Part shown: piece by piece, positions 23,677 through 36,100 of the stretch
How positions within the stretch are numbered: the first letter of the stretch is position 1
How the letters are laid out: the number at the start of each line of letters is the position of its first letter
Translations under genes and position numbers: made by a program
Notes under the pieces: model-generated
The model's database searches: none
Told to the model about the DNA's origin: nothing
What the model saw: only the letters and a program-made list of their open reading frames with translations
Assembly (NCBI GenBank): GCA_051530055.1
Contig: CM121341.1
Span: 13,122,784-13,186,783, forward strand
Reading direction: 5' to 3'
DNA length: 64,000 bases
Source: Neoechinorhynchus agilis
Taxonomy: Eukaryota; Animalia; Acanthocephala

Positions 23677-24392
23677 GGAGACGGTGTCATGAGGTTGTCA
23701 GAAGAACGTTTTTTGTTTCTGTTGTGGATCTATAACGGATTCTTCAAAAAATCCTATTTTTTGTTTAGTTTCATTCAACCAAATTAATGGGTGTTTAGAA
23801 GTTTACATTAGGTAAATGATTTTTGTTTAAAGACGTTTCGAACCTTGCGTCTATTAATAACAAATATAGACCTAGACAATAATTCAGATCTATACAAGGA
23901 TTTTCGAATAAAATTTGCAATAATTCTAGCCGCATTTTTTTACTGCTCATTTGATACGATGCGAGTTTAATTTGAAATCCAGCACAAAAAGAGAAGATAA
24001 ACCGATCGACGTTTTTTACTGTTCGGGTGCGTATTTGTCGAATGATTGCTTTTGTTTACTGTTTTACTTTCTTTAATTTGAATGAGATACTAATGAATTA
24101 GTCATTGTTGAATTTTTGACATATTGCAATAGAAGAAATTGTTTGTGAGCATTTATGCTGAAATATAACTCAATTAAAGAACCGGAATTGAGAACGCTGC
24201 CAATTTAATGACTAACCAATATGCCACTCGAGTTTATCTGATGCAATTCGCTACAATTAGTATATTCCATTCATCGCCGGAGACGGTGTCATGAGGTTGT
24301 CAGAAGAACGTTTTTTGTTTCTGTTGTGGATCCATAACGGATTCTTCAAAAAATCCTATTTTTGTTTAGTTTCATTCAACCAAATGAATGGG
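23677..24392. repeat. Near-identical ~115-bp direct repeats (23677-23791 and 24279-24392)
   Basis: ggagacggtgtcatgagg...caaat(t/g)aatggg occurs twice, 602 bp apart. Confidence 0.9.
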
Positions 24393-26109
24393 CCTTAGGT
24401 TAGAGCTTTTGCTTTCTTAGAAAAAAGCATAACTCTATATTTTATTGGATTAAGCGGTATTTCGAAAAAGGAAATCTCGCCACATCAGTCAGTGCATTAG
24501 TGTTTTATGCGTGCCAAGTACGATTGCGAAATATTTCAATAAAATATATTTTATCTGAGATTATGATTCTCACAACTCTAACTAAAATATTTTCGTATAT
24601 TATTTATATCTAAACGGTTCTTGTTCAGTTTTAAAGTCTTAGAAAATCGCAACGTGGATGTTAATATAATTAATTCTAATGTTAAAAAGTATGTAAATGC
24701 GGCATCTGGTCATGATTTGCAATCCTATTTGGAGAAAAAAATGTGGCGTGGAGTAGAGCCGGCTTTAAGTTCACGAATGTTCGTTTGAACCCATTAAAGC
24801 AGTAGAAATGTATCCGACCCTTTGCCGCCACGATTTCTAGTGAAAAAATAGAGCGATCTAGGAACTATTTAAAGAAGATGTTAAAAACGTGAACGGGATA
24901 CCTGCTAACAACAATGATGATCCATTGATTTCGTCCGTTTAAAGAACAATTCGAGATTATTATGAATTTTCTTATTTCTTAAAATGTATTTATTGTAAAC
25001 ATATTTGTAAATCATCAAGAGAAAATCCTTTGGGATGATAGAGTTGGACATGTTGTTAACATAATCCCGAATAAAATATATTTTATTGGATTGAGCGGTA
25101 TTTCGAAAAAGGAAATCTCGCCACATCAGTCAGTGCATTAGTGTTTTATGCGTGCCAAGTACGATTGCGAAATATTTCAATAAAATATATTTTATCTGAG
25201 ATTATGATTCTCACAACTCTAACTAAAATATTTTCGTATATTATTTATATCTAAACGGTTCTTGTTCAGTTTTAAAGTCTTAGAAAATCGCAACGTGGAT
25301 GTTAATATAATTAATTCTAATGTTAAAAAGTATGTAAATGCGGCATCTGGTCATGATTTGCAATCCTATTTGGAGAAAAAAATGTGGCGTAGAGTAGAGC
25401 CGGCTTTAAGTTCACGAATGTTCGTTTGAACCCATTAAAGCAGTAGAAATGTATCCGACCCTTTGCCGCCACGATTTCTAGTGAAAAAATAGAGCGATCT
25501 AGGAACTATTTAAAGAAGATGTTAAAAACGTGAACGGGATACCTGCTTACAACAATGATGATCCATTGATTTCGTCCGTTTAAAGAACAATTCGAGATTA
25601 TTATGAATTTTCTTATTTCTTAAAATGTATTTATTGTAAACATATTTGTAAATCATCAAGAGAAAATCCTTTGGGATGATAGAGTTGGACCTGTTGTTAA
25701 CATAATCCCGAATAAAATATATTTTATTGGATTTAGCGGTATTTCGAAAAAGGAAATCTCGCCACATCAGTCAGTGCTTTAGTGTTTTATGCGTGCCAAG
25801 TACGATTGCGAAATATTTCAATAAAATATATTTTATCTGAGATTATGATTCTCACAACTCAAACTAAAATATTTTGGTATATTATTTATATCAAAACGGT
25901 TCTTGTTCAGTTTTAAAGTCTTAGAAAATCGCAACGTGGATGTTAATATAATTAATTCTAATGTTAAAAAGTATGTAAATGCGGCATCTGGTCATGATTT
26001 GCAATCCTATTTGGGTAAGATTACTAAGCGCTGCTTGGTTGTTCAGTCGCATGTTTTATCTATTGATGATTGTTTGATTGACAATCCGACTGAAAGAGAG
26101 TTTATTGAA

Positions 26110-26148
26110 ACACCTAGCTTTCGCCGTCCAACGGCTTCTTCAGGGTGT
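26110..26148 (-). ncRNA. Minimal type I hammerhead ribozyme (inverted pLTR copy)
   Basis: Reverse complement ACACC-CUGAAGAA-GCCG-UUGGA-CGGC-GAAA-GCUA-GGUGU. Confidence 0.8.
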
Positions 26149-27118
26149 AATCTACAATGCGAGTGAAGTGATTGGAAGTTCACATTAGATTCATGACGGC
26201 AGACAACTCATCCTTCTGGTTAATGAGTGTCCTACCGTCCGACCGATGCCCGCTAGAGTCCTCACGATCCCGGGTCTCTCGGGATATGATCAGCGCTTCC
26301 GCTATCGACAGTTCGACGGGATCCTGCGCTTTGTACATTATGCGCGTGGACAGCTGAACTGTTCCATCCGGGTGGACTCGCGAATAATGTTTCGCCCACG
26401 GTGTCGTCACATACGATTGCGCACTTGGGTTCAACGAGTTTCGTACATGCTCGGCCACTCTTTGGCGAAGTGGCCTTTCTGTTTTTCCCACGTACGTGAC
26501 CAAGTGGCCACGGTCAATCCGACACCGTTCACACCGGATCTCGTAGACCACACTGCTCTGATCGCACATCTTCCAGTCACGATCAATGGCTTGCTGACGC
26601 TCCTCGTCCATCCTCGCACCTGCTGCGTATCTGCACATTAGGCACGACCGAGGGCATTCCTGATGATCCTCATGATGCCTCGTTCTCGTCAGCATCCTCC
26701 GCAGCGTTCTACACCCTCTGTGCACAATACGCACATTCAACCCTGCTTGCCTGAGCAGTACTTTAACTCTCTTCGTGAACATTTCACTCACGTACGGAAT
26801 TCGTAGGATCGGCCTATCGTCCTTTCGTTCCCTCATGGGTCCAGCGTCTCGTCTAATTCTATTTTCCACTTCTCGCTGGAATCCTTCGATCTCCTCTGTC
26901 GAATATCCGTTGTCCGCGAAGATCTTGTTTACTGCTTCCACCGCTCCACGCTTCGCGTCCCACGACGATGAGCAGGTGGTTGCCGATTTATGCATACCAG
27001 CGTATATCGCCGCTTTCATCGCCCAAGGATGGTGAGAATCTCGGTGCATCACAATCGACTTCCTGCATGGCTTTCGATACCAATTGAAGTTGGACACATC
27101 GTCGGATTTGAAGCGGAG

Positions 27119-28612
27119 ATTTCGGCTATCGGTCCATTGCTACGGAGGACACGGGCATTTGTGAGTAATACTGATGAGCTGTTATCAACGTTGCGATCGC
27201 GACAGAATGAATTGACCAACAGTCGCGTAATGTCTTTTGATTTCGTGGCATTGTACACCAATGTGGACAACGAGGGAGCAGTACGTGCGCTGGAGAAAAG
27301 GTTGAAGGAGAATGAAGATCTTGACCTCTTTGGTCTACTACCAGACGATGTTATTGGTCTGACACGATTGGTATTGAAGTGCAACCTTTTTCGTTATCGA
27401 AACCAGCTATATAAGCAAGTTCTTGGTCTCGCAATGGGAAATAGTTTGGCTCCGGTATTGGCCATCCTCTACCTCGATGACCTGGAAAGACTGCACATCT
27501 ATCCACATTTAGCGTCGAGTCAAGTTTACCTCCGCTATGTGGACGATGTGTTGCTGACCTTCACCGAGGATGATGAGGTCGATACCATTGAGTCACTATT
27601 AAATTCAATGGACTCGAATAGGAGGATTCAAGTTACAAGAGACCAACCTTCGGACTACCTGCCATTCCTCAATCTCCGCTTCAAATCCGACGATGTGTCC
27701 AACTTCAATTGGTATCGAAAGCCATGCAGGAAGTCGATTGTGATGCACCGAGATTCTCACCATCCTTGGGCGATGAAAGCGGCGATATACGCTGGTATGC
27801 ATAAATCGGCAACCACCTGCTCATCGTCGTGGGACGCGAAGCGTGGAGCGGTGGAAGCAGTAAACAAGATCTTCGCGGACAACGGATATTCGACAGAGGA
27901 GATCGAAGGATTCCAGCGAGAAGTGGAAAATAGAATTAGACGAGACGCTGGACCCATGAGTGAACGAAAGGACGATAGGCCGATCCTACGAATTCCGTAC
28001 GTGAGTGAAATGTTCACGAAGAGAGTTAAAGTACTGCTCAGGCAAGCAGGGTTGAATGTGCGTATTGTGCACAGAGGGTGTAGAACGCTGCGGAGGATGC
28101 TGACGAGAACGAGGCATCATGAGGATCATCAGGAATGCCCTCGGTCGTGCCTAATGTGCAGATACGCAGCAGGTGCGAGGATGGACGAGGAGCGTCAGCA
28201 AGCCATTGATCGTGACTGGAAGATGTGCGATCAGAGCAGTGTGGTCTACGAGATCCGGTGTGAACGGTGTCGGATTGACCGTGGCCACTTGGTCACGTAC
28301 GTGGGAAAAACAGAAAGGCCACTTCGCCAAAGAGTGGCCGAGCATGTACGAAACTCGTTGAACCCAAGTGCGCAATCGTATGTGACGACACCGTGGGCGA
28401 AACATTATTCGCGAGTCCACCCGGATGGAACAGTTCAGCTGTCCACGCGCATAATGTACAAAGCGCAGGATCCCGTCGAACTGTCGATAGCGGAAGCGCT
28501 GATCATATCCCGAGAGACCCGGGATCGTGAGGACTCTAGCGGGCATCGGTCGGACGGTAGGACACTCATTAACCAGAAGGATGAGTTGTCTGCCGTCATG
28601 AATCTAATGTGA
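27119..28612 (+). CDS. Penelope-like reverse transcriptase-GIY-YIG endonuclease (N-terminally truncated, frame intact)
   Basis: SFDFVALYTNV, QVLGLAMGNSLAP, YLRYVDD, LPFLNL, C-x3-C-x2-C linker (CPRSCLMC), VVYEIRCERC...YVGKTERPLRQRVAEH, EALII...IN. Confidence 0.95.
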   Translation: MSAIGPLLRRTRAFVSNTDELLSTLRSRQNELTNSRVMSFDFVALYTNVDNEGAVRALEKRLKENEDLDLFGLLPDDVIGLTRLVLKCNLFRYRNQLYKQVLGLAMGNSLAPVLAILYLDDLERLHIYPHLASSQVYLRYVDDVLLTFTEDDEVDTIESLLNSMDSNRRIQVTRDQPSDYLPFLNLRFKSDDVSNFNWYRKPCRKSIVMHRDSHHPWAMKAAIYAGMHKSATTCSSSWDAKRGAVEAVNKIFADNGYSTEEIEGFQREVENRIRRDAGPMSERKDDRPILRIPYVSEMFTKRVKVLLRQAGLNVRIVHRGCRTLRRMLTRTRHHEDHQECPRSCLMCRYAAGARMDEERQQAIDRDWKMCDQSSVVYEIRCERCRIDRGHLVTYVGKTERPLRQRVAEHVRNSLNPSAQSYVTTPWAKHYSRVHPDGTVQLSTRIMYKAQDPVELSIAEALIISRETRDREDSSGHRSDGRTLINQKDELSAVMNLM

Positions 28613-28644
28613 ACTTCCACTCCACTTCACTCGCATTGTAGATT

Positions 28645-28683
28645 ACACCCTGAAGAAGCCGTTGGACGGCGAAAGCTAGGTGT
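28645..28683 (+). ncRNA. Minimal type I hammerhead ribozyme in the 3' pLTR
   Basis: Stem I ACACC/GGTGT, CTGAAGAA, stem II GCCG/CGGC, GAAA, palindromic AGCT mini stem III, UA cleavage site, AATAAA just downstream. Confidence 0.8.
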
Positions 28684-29391
28684 TTCAATAAACTCTCTTT
28701 CAGTCGGATTCTCAATCAAACAATGAGCAATAGATAATCCTATTTGGAGAAAAAAAATGTGGCGTAGAGTAGAACCGGCTTTAAGTTCATGAATGTTCGT
28801 CTGAACCCACTAAAGCAGCAGAAGAGTATCCGACCATTTGCCGCCACGATTTCTGGTGAAAAAATAGAGCGATCTAGGAACTATTTAAAGAAGATGTTCA
28901 AAACGTGAACGGGATACCTGTTAACAACAATGATGATCTATTGATTTCGTCCGTTTAAAGAACAATTCGCGATTATTATGAATTTTCTTATTTCTTAAAA
29001 TGTATTTATTGTAAACATATTTGTAAATCATCAAGAGAAAATCCTTTGGGATGATAGAGTTGGACCTATGGTTAACATAATCCCGAATAAAATATATTTT
29101 ATTGGATTTAGCGGTATTTCGAAAAAGGAAATCTCGCCACATCAGTCAGTGCATTAGTGTTTTATGCGTGCCAAGTACGATTGCGAAATATTTCAATAAA
29201 ATATATTTTATCTGAGATTATGATTCTCACAACTCCAACTAAAATATTTTCGTATATTATTTATATCTAAACGGTTCTTGTTCAGTTTTAAAGTCTTAGA
29301 AAATCGCAACGTGGATGTTAATATAATTAATTCTAATGTTAAAAAGTATGTAAATGCGGCATCTGGTCATGATTTGCAATCCTATTTGGAG

Positions 29392-29490
29392 AAAAAAATG
29401 TGGCGTAGAGTAGAGCCGGCTTTAAGTTCACGAATGTTCGTTTGAACCCACTAAAGCAGTAGAAAAGTATCCGACCCTTTGCCGCCACGA
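29392..29490 (-). ncRNA. Candidate ~100-nt structured small RNA, present once per 641-bp unit (this copy given as example)
   Basis: Nested stems GUGGCG/CGCCAC, GUCGG/CCGGC, GCUUUAG/UUAAAGC, GUUCA/UGAAC, CGAA/UUCG, followed directly by a T7 run; no family recognised. Confidence 0.35.
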
Positions 29491-32400
29491 TTTTTAGTGA
29501 AAAAATAGAGCGATCTAGGAACTATTTAAAGAAGATGTTCAAAACGTGAACGGGATACTTGCTAACAACAATGATGATCCATTGATTTCGTCCGTTTAAA
29601 GAACAATTCGAGATTATTATGAATTTTCTTATTTCTTAAAATGTATTTATTGTAAACATATTTGTAAATCATCAAGAGAAAATCCTTTGGGATGATAGAG
29701 TTGGACATGTTGTTAACATAATCCCGAATAAAATATATTTTATTGGATTGAGCGGTATTTCGAAAAAGGAAATCTCGCCACATCAGTCAGTGCATTAGTG
29801 TTTTATGCGTGCCAAGTACGATTGCGAAATATTTCAATAAAATATATTTTATCTGAGATTATGATTCTCACAACTCCAACTAAAATATTTTCTTATATTA
29901 TTTATATCTAAACGGTTCTTGTTCAGTTTTAAAGTCTTAGAAAATTGCAACGTGGATGTTAATATAATTAATTATAATGTTAAAAAGTATGTAAATGCGG
30001 CATCTGGTCATGATTTGCAATCCTATTTGGAGAAAAAAATGTGGCGTAGAGTAGAGCCGGCTTTAAGTTCACGAATGTTCGTTTGAACCCACTAAAGCAG
30101 TAGAAAAGTATCCGACCCTTTGCCGCCACGATTTTTAGTGAAAAAATAGAGCGATCTAGGAACTATTTAAAGAAGATGTTCAAAACGTGAACGGGATACC
30201 TGCTAACAACAATGATGATCCATTGATTTCGTCCGTTTAAAGAACAATTCGAGATTATTATGAATTTTCTTATTTCTTAAAATGTATTTATTGTAAACAT
30301 ATTTGTAAATCATCAAGAGAAAATCCTTTGGGATGATAGAGTTGGACATGTTGTTAACATAATACCGAATAAAATATATTTTATTGGATTGAGCGGTATT
30401 TTGAAAAAGGAAATCTCGCCACATCAGTCAGTGCATTAGTGTTTTATGCGTGCCAAGTACGATTGCGAAATATTTCAATAAAATATATTTTATCTGAGAT
30501 TATGATTCTCACAACTCCAACTAAAATATTTTCTTATATTATTTATATCTAAAGGGTTCTTGTTCAGTTTTAAAGTCTTAGAAAATTGCAACGTGGATGT
30601 TAATATAATTAATTCTAATGTTAAAAAGTATGTAAATGCGGCATCTGGTCATGATTTGCAATCCTATTTGGAGAAAAAAATGTGGCGTAGAGTAGAGCCG
30701 GCTTTAAGTTCACGAATGTTCGTTTGAACCCACTAAAGCAGTAGAAAAGTATCCGACCCTTTGCCGCCACGATTTCTAGTGAAAAAATAGAGCGATCTAG
30801 GAACTATTTAAAGAGGATGTTCAAAACGTGAACGGGATACCTGCTAACAACAATGATGATCCATTGATTTCGTCCGTTTAAAGAACAATTCGAGATTATT
30901 ATGAATTTTCTTATTTCTTAAAATGTATTTATTGTAAACATATTTGTAAATCATCAAGAGAAAATCCTTTGGGATGATAGAGTTGGACATGTTGTTAACA
31001 TAATCCCGAATAAAATATATTTTATTGGATTAAGCGGTATTTCGAAAAAGGAAATCTCGCCACATCAGTCAGTGCATTAGTGTTTTATGCGTGCCAAGTA
31101 CGATTGCGAAATATTTCAATAAAATATATTTTATCTGAGATTATGATTCTCACAACTCTAACTAAAATATTTTCGTATATTATTTATATCTAAACGGTTC
31201 TTGTTCAGTTTTAAAGTCTTAGAAAATCGCAACGTGGATGTTAATATAATTAATTCTAATGTTAAAAAGTAGGTAAATGCGCCATCTGGTCATGATTTGC
31301 AATCCTATTTGGAGAAAAAAATGTGGCGTCGAGTAGAGCCGGCTTTAAGTTCACGAATGTTCGTTTGAACCCACTAAAGCAGTAGAAATGTATCCGACCC
31401 TTTGCCGCCACGATTTCTAGTGAAAAAATAGAGCGATCTAGGAACTATTTAAAGAAGATGTTAAAAACGTGAACGGGATACCTGCTTACAACAATGATGA
31501 TCTATTGATTTCGTCCGTTTAAAGAACAATTCGAGATTATTATGAATTTTCTTATTTCTTAAAATGTATTTATTGTAAACATATTTGTAAATCATCAAGA
31601 GAAAATCCTTTGGGATGATAGAGTTGGACCTATGGTTAACATAATCCCGAATAAAATATATTTTATTGGATTTAGCGGTATTTCGAAAAAGGAAATCTCG
31701 CCACATCAGTCAGTGCATTAGTGTTTTATGCGTGCCAAGTACGATTGCGAAATATTTCAATAAAATATATTTTATCTGAGATTATGATTCTCACAACTCC
31801 AACTAAAATATTTTCGTATATTATTTATATCTAAACGGTTCTTGTTCAGTTTTAAAGTCTTAGAAAATCGCAACGTGGATGTTAATATAATTAATTCTAA
31901 TGTTAAAAAGTATGTAAATGCGGCATCTGGTCATGATTTGCAATCCTATTTGGAGAAAAAAATGTGGCGTAGAGTAGAGCCGGCTTTAAGTTCACGAATG
32001 TTCGTTTGAACCCACTAAAGCAGTAGAAAAGTATCCGACCCTTTGCCGCCACGATTTCTAGCGAAAAAATGGAGCGATCTAGGAACTATTTAAAGAAGAT
32101 GTTAAAAACGTGAACGGGATACCTGCTAACAACAATGATGATCCATTGATTTCGTCCGTTTAAAGAACAATTCGAGATTATTATGAATTTTCTTATTTCT
32201 TAAAATGTATTTATTGTAAACATATTTGTAAATCATCAAGAGAAAATCCTTTGGGATGATAGAGTTGGACATGTTGTTAACATAATCCCGAATAAAATAT
32301 ATTTTATTGGATTAAGCGGTATTTCGAAAAAGGAAATCTCGCCACATCAGTCAGTGCATTAGTGTTTTATGCGTGCCAAGTACGATTGCGAAATATTTCA

Positions 32401-33124
32401 ATAAAATATATTTTATCTGAGATTATGATTCTCACAACTCTAACTAAAATATTTTCGTATATTATTTATATCTAAACGGTTCTTGTTCAGTTTTAAAGTC
32501 TTAGAAAATCGCAACGTGGATGTTAATATAATTAATTCTAATGTTAAAAAGTATGTAAATGCGGCATCTGGTCATGATTTGCAATCCTATTTGGAGAAAA
32601 AAATGTGGCGTCGAGTAGAGCCGGCTTTAAGTTCACGAATGTTCGTTTGAACCCATTAAAGCAGTAGAAATGTATCCGACCCTTTACCGCCACGATTTCT
32701 AGTGAAAAAATAGAGCGATCTAGGAACTATTTAAAGAAGATGTTAAAAACGTGAACGGGATACCTGCTTACAACAATGATGATCCATTGATTTCGTCCGT
32801 TTAAAGAACAATTCGAGATGATTATGAATGTTCTTATTTCTTAAAATGTATTGATTGAAAGTGGAAATCGATTTGACAAATAGGCGATATAGTTTTCGTC
32901 CCAATATATATCCATTATTTCGATATCTATAATAAGTTCCATCTCGAATCTGCATATCCCGAATTTCTCTGCGAACAATCATATTTGTTGATTTCAAATA
33001 AAATGAACAGTTTCATATTTTGGTTATAAATCGTATTTGAATTTTCAGTATTGAAACGTAGGAAAGAATTTCCAGTTGGACAGGTCTATGCCCTCCCCCA
33101 GCGCGTAATTCCCCCCCTTCCACA

Positions 33125-36100
33125 ATGTCCTTCGAATTAAGTGACGAAGAGTTGCTTTCATACGCTGAGGAGATTGAATGTAAGAGAATTGATTTCTCGG
33201 AATTTCCGTTTGAGCCTTATGCTTCACAAAAGCAACTGATACAATCTCTTTATTCCTCCATCGACTCAGGAGAGCTGGCGACATTTGAAAGTCCAACTGG
33301 AACAGGGAAATCCCTTTGTCTCTTATTCGCTTCCCTTAAATGGCTCAAGGCCAAATTGGAGAAAGATCGGGACACAGTGAAGCGTGTTCAGGAATCTATA
33401 ATCCAATGGGATGCTGACGAATCCGATGGCAGCGATGATAATTGGTTAGAGAAGGCGAAAAGGCGTATTGAACGACAAGAATCGTGTCTGAATGAACTTG
33501 ATGACATTGAGGACTTGGTTAACGCCGAAGATGCAGTCTTGGAACGGCAGAAGATTTTCGCTAAAAAATTGGAAGTCGATGCTGAAGATGACGGGGATGT
33601 TAAGCAGGTTAGGAAGATATTTTTCGCATCTCGTACGCATTCTCAGATATCCCAAATTCTCACTGAGCTACACAAGATGCCTTCTTTGTCGTCCATAACT
33701 CGCGTAGTCGTATTGGCTTCGAGGCAATCGTTTTGTATTAATGATCAAATCAAATGCCTCGTTACCAATGGCGCCATCAACGATGCCTGTCTTCGTCTAA
33801 TCGATAAGGAAAAGTGTCCTTACAAATCCACAGATCGATTGCGATCACTAAGTGATGCCATGCTGTTTGAACAATTCAAAACTAAAGACAGTATCTTACA
33901 TAAGGCAGTCCGTTTAAAGGCCTGTGCTTATTATGCCAGCCGAGATGCCCTTCCTTCTGCACATTTGGTTCTTCTTCCTTATAATCTGCTTTTATCTGCA
34001 GAAATGAGGGAGTCTATTGGTATCAAGTTAGACGGTCGTGATTGGTTGCTTCAATCCAAATTTAAGGGGTCTTCTCTCACCTTTTTACGACATAGATTTT
34101 CAGGCTTGTATCTGTTAGGTTTTTTGTATCATGAAGCGAACTATTCAAACAAAGAATTTATCAATTTAGTCAACTCCCTAGGAGTTGTTCCGATTTGCAG
34201 CAGTTGCCTTAAATTTTCTCTTATTTATACTACTTGGGGTTTTAAGGGGCTTTTAAAAGTTAGGTATTAAGTTGTAATGCTTCCTGTAATCTCCCACTTT
34301 TCTGAAATTCAGCTTTTGTTCGATAAAATCGGTGTTAATTTTTGTTTAAGGAATGAATATAATATTAATTAACTGTTCTTAAGAATATTCAACAGAATAC
34401 ATTGATGATTGATTTTTTGCTAGTTCTCTCCGCAGCAACCTGACAGCATAAATCAATCCTGTTTCCTGTAAGCAACTGATCTAGTAATGTAGTTATAATA
34501 GACGAGGCCCATAATTTAACGAAATCGTTGAGGGAAATGTTTAATGTCACTGTGAAACGCGATTCACTAATGCGAGCTATATCGTCCCTCAAAGCCTACG
34601 CTTTAAAGTACGCCAAGACATTCAATGCATTGAGTGTCAGTTCGTTAAAGCAATTAACGATTTGTCTCGTGAGTTTGCTGAACGGAATGAAAATTGCAAA
34701 ACATTCACATGTAAGCTCGGTCAGTGAATTTTTGGAGAACAGTGGTCTATCAAACGCGAACATTGGATCACTTCTTGAATTTTGCAAATCAAACCGATTA
34801 TACCAAAAATTGCGTGGATTCCAGTCGGACGATGGAGTTAACGATTTCTTGAAATCAATTAATTTTCTCACTAAGCTCACGTATTACGCTCATAGTGCAA
34901 ACGCTATACAGTCAGCGTTTTCCTTGAAATTGTCGAGACTAGAAAAACTCCAGAAAAATTCTTTTGTTGAATTGAACAACTTGTAAAATAGTCATTTTAT
35001 TTAAGTTCGCAGTGGAGTGGTTCAAGTGATGTTGAGTTTATCTGAGAAAAGGTGTTCGACAGATTTGTATGTCAATTATTCGAAATGCAAGCAGTTGAAC
35101 GTAGGTTTACGTTTTCAAATTATTATATTAGCATGTAAAGAACTCCTTCGATTTCCATTGACTTTCCGTCGTCGAAGTGAGAAAATCTAAGCTGAGAGAA
35201 TTTTTTCCTAATTCTATCAAAATCGATGTTTTCAAAAATTTCTAATTTACAAGGAAATCACTGATTATATCGTCATCTTCTATTCGTGTGTTAACGAGCG
35301 TTGTGAGTGGTACCGATGATTCAGTTGAAATCGAATTTCGAATTATATCACTGGACGCAGTAGGCGAGATGAAGGACATTGTAAACCTTTGTCATGCAGT
35401 TATATTGGCAGGCGGTACTATGCAACCTTTCGAAGAATTTACTGATTTCATTTTTAAGCGTCTGACGGGTAATAGTCGGAGGATAAAAACGTACTCTTTC
35501 GGTCATGTGATTCCTGATTACCACGTCGCAGTTATTTCGACGGGAAAGTACACCGACGGATCATCGATTGATTTAAGGTTATCAAGTAGATCCATAAATC
35601 CTACTAAGACATATCGGAATTTGTGGAACTCAATAGCGGCTATTTCCGGTTCCGTCCTAGGTGGCTGCGTTGTGTTTTTACCGTCTTATAACTTTCTATG
35701 CGAGTTTCAAAAGCACGTAATTGAATTGAAGAATGTAAAAACACGAACGGCAACATATCTTTTAAAGTGTCGATCGTGTAAATAATCGTTGAATCGAGAA
35801 TACAGAGCGCAGAAAAAACAATGAGTTTATACACTCAAAAAATAAACCAAATAAAATGCGCCATACTAATTGCCGTTGTTAATGGTAAACTGAGTGAAGG
35901 AATCAATTTCTCGGATGAACTTGCGAGATGTGTGATTATGGTCGGAATGCCTTATCCCAATGTGAAAGCACCGGAGTTTGTAGAAGAATTGAATTATATG
36001 AGGAAACTGGGAGACGAATACAGCAGAAGGCATTGTGAGATCGTGTGTTGGAAATCGATCAATCAAGCGATTGGAAGGGCCGTTCGTCATATCAAAGATT

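Larger units (their letters stand above)
26015..28735 (+). mobile_element. Penelope-like retroelement, 5'-truncated, with inverted duplication of its 3' half (26015-27121 on -) and 12-bp target duplication aatcctatttgg
   Basis: RT + GIY-YIG ORF; ~26053-27121 is the reverse complement of ~27671-28735; TSD at 26003-26014 and 28736-28747. Confidence 0.95.
24436..32852. repeat. Tandem array, 641-bp unit, about 9 copies, interrupted by a Penelope-like element at 26015-28735
   Basis: The same landmark recurs at 24905, 25546, then 28921, 29562, 30203, 30844, 31485, 32126 and 32767 (constant 641 bp spacing); few substitutions between units. Confidence 0.97.

Noticed and set aside
26990-27118. N-terminus of the 540-aa ORF as the true RT start
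   Set aside because: It is antisense sequence of the inverted arm fused in frame at the 27119-27121 junction.
24436-32852. Array as CRISPR, 5S rDNA, or histone/snRNA cluster
   Set aside because: No repeat-spacer structure, and no match to 5S, histone or known snRNA motifs by eye.
24905-32997. Repeated 73-84 aa minus-strand ORFs (MWRDFLFRN...)
   Set aside because: GTG-started by-products of the 641-bp unit with variable stops and AT-rich composition; no protein signal.
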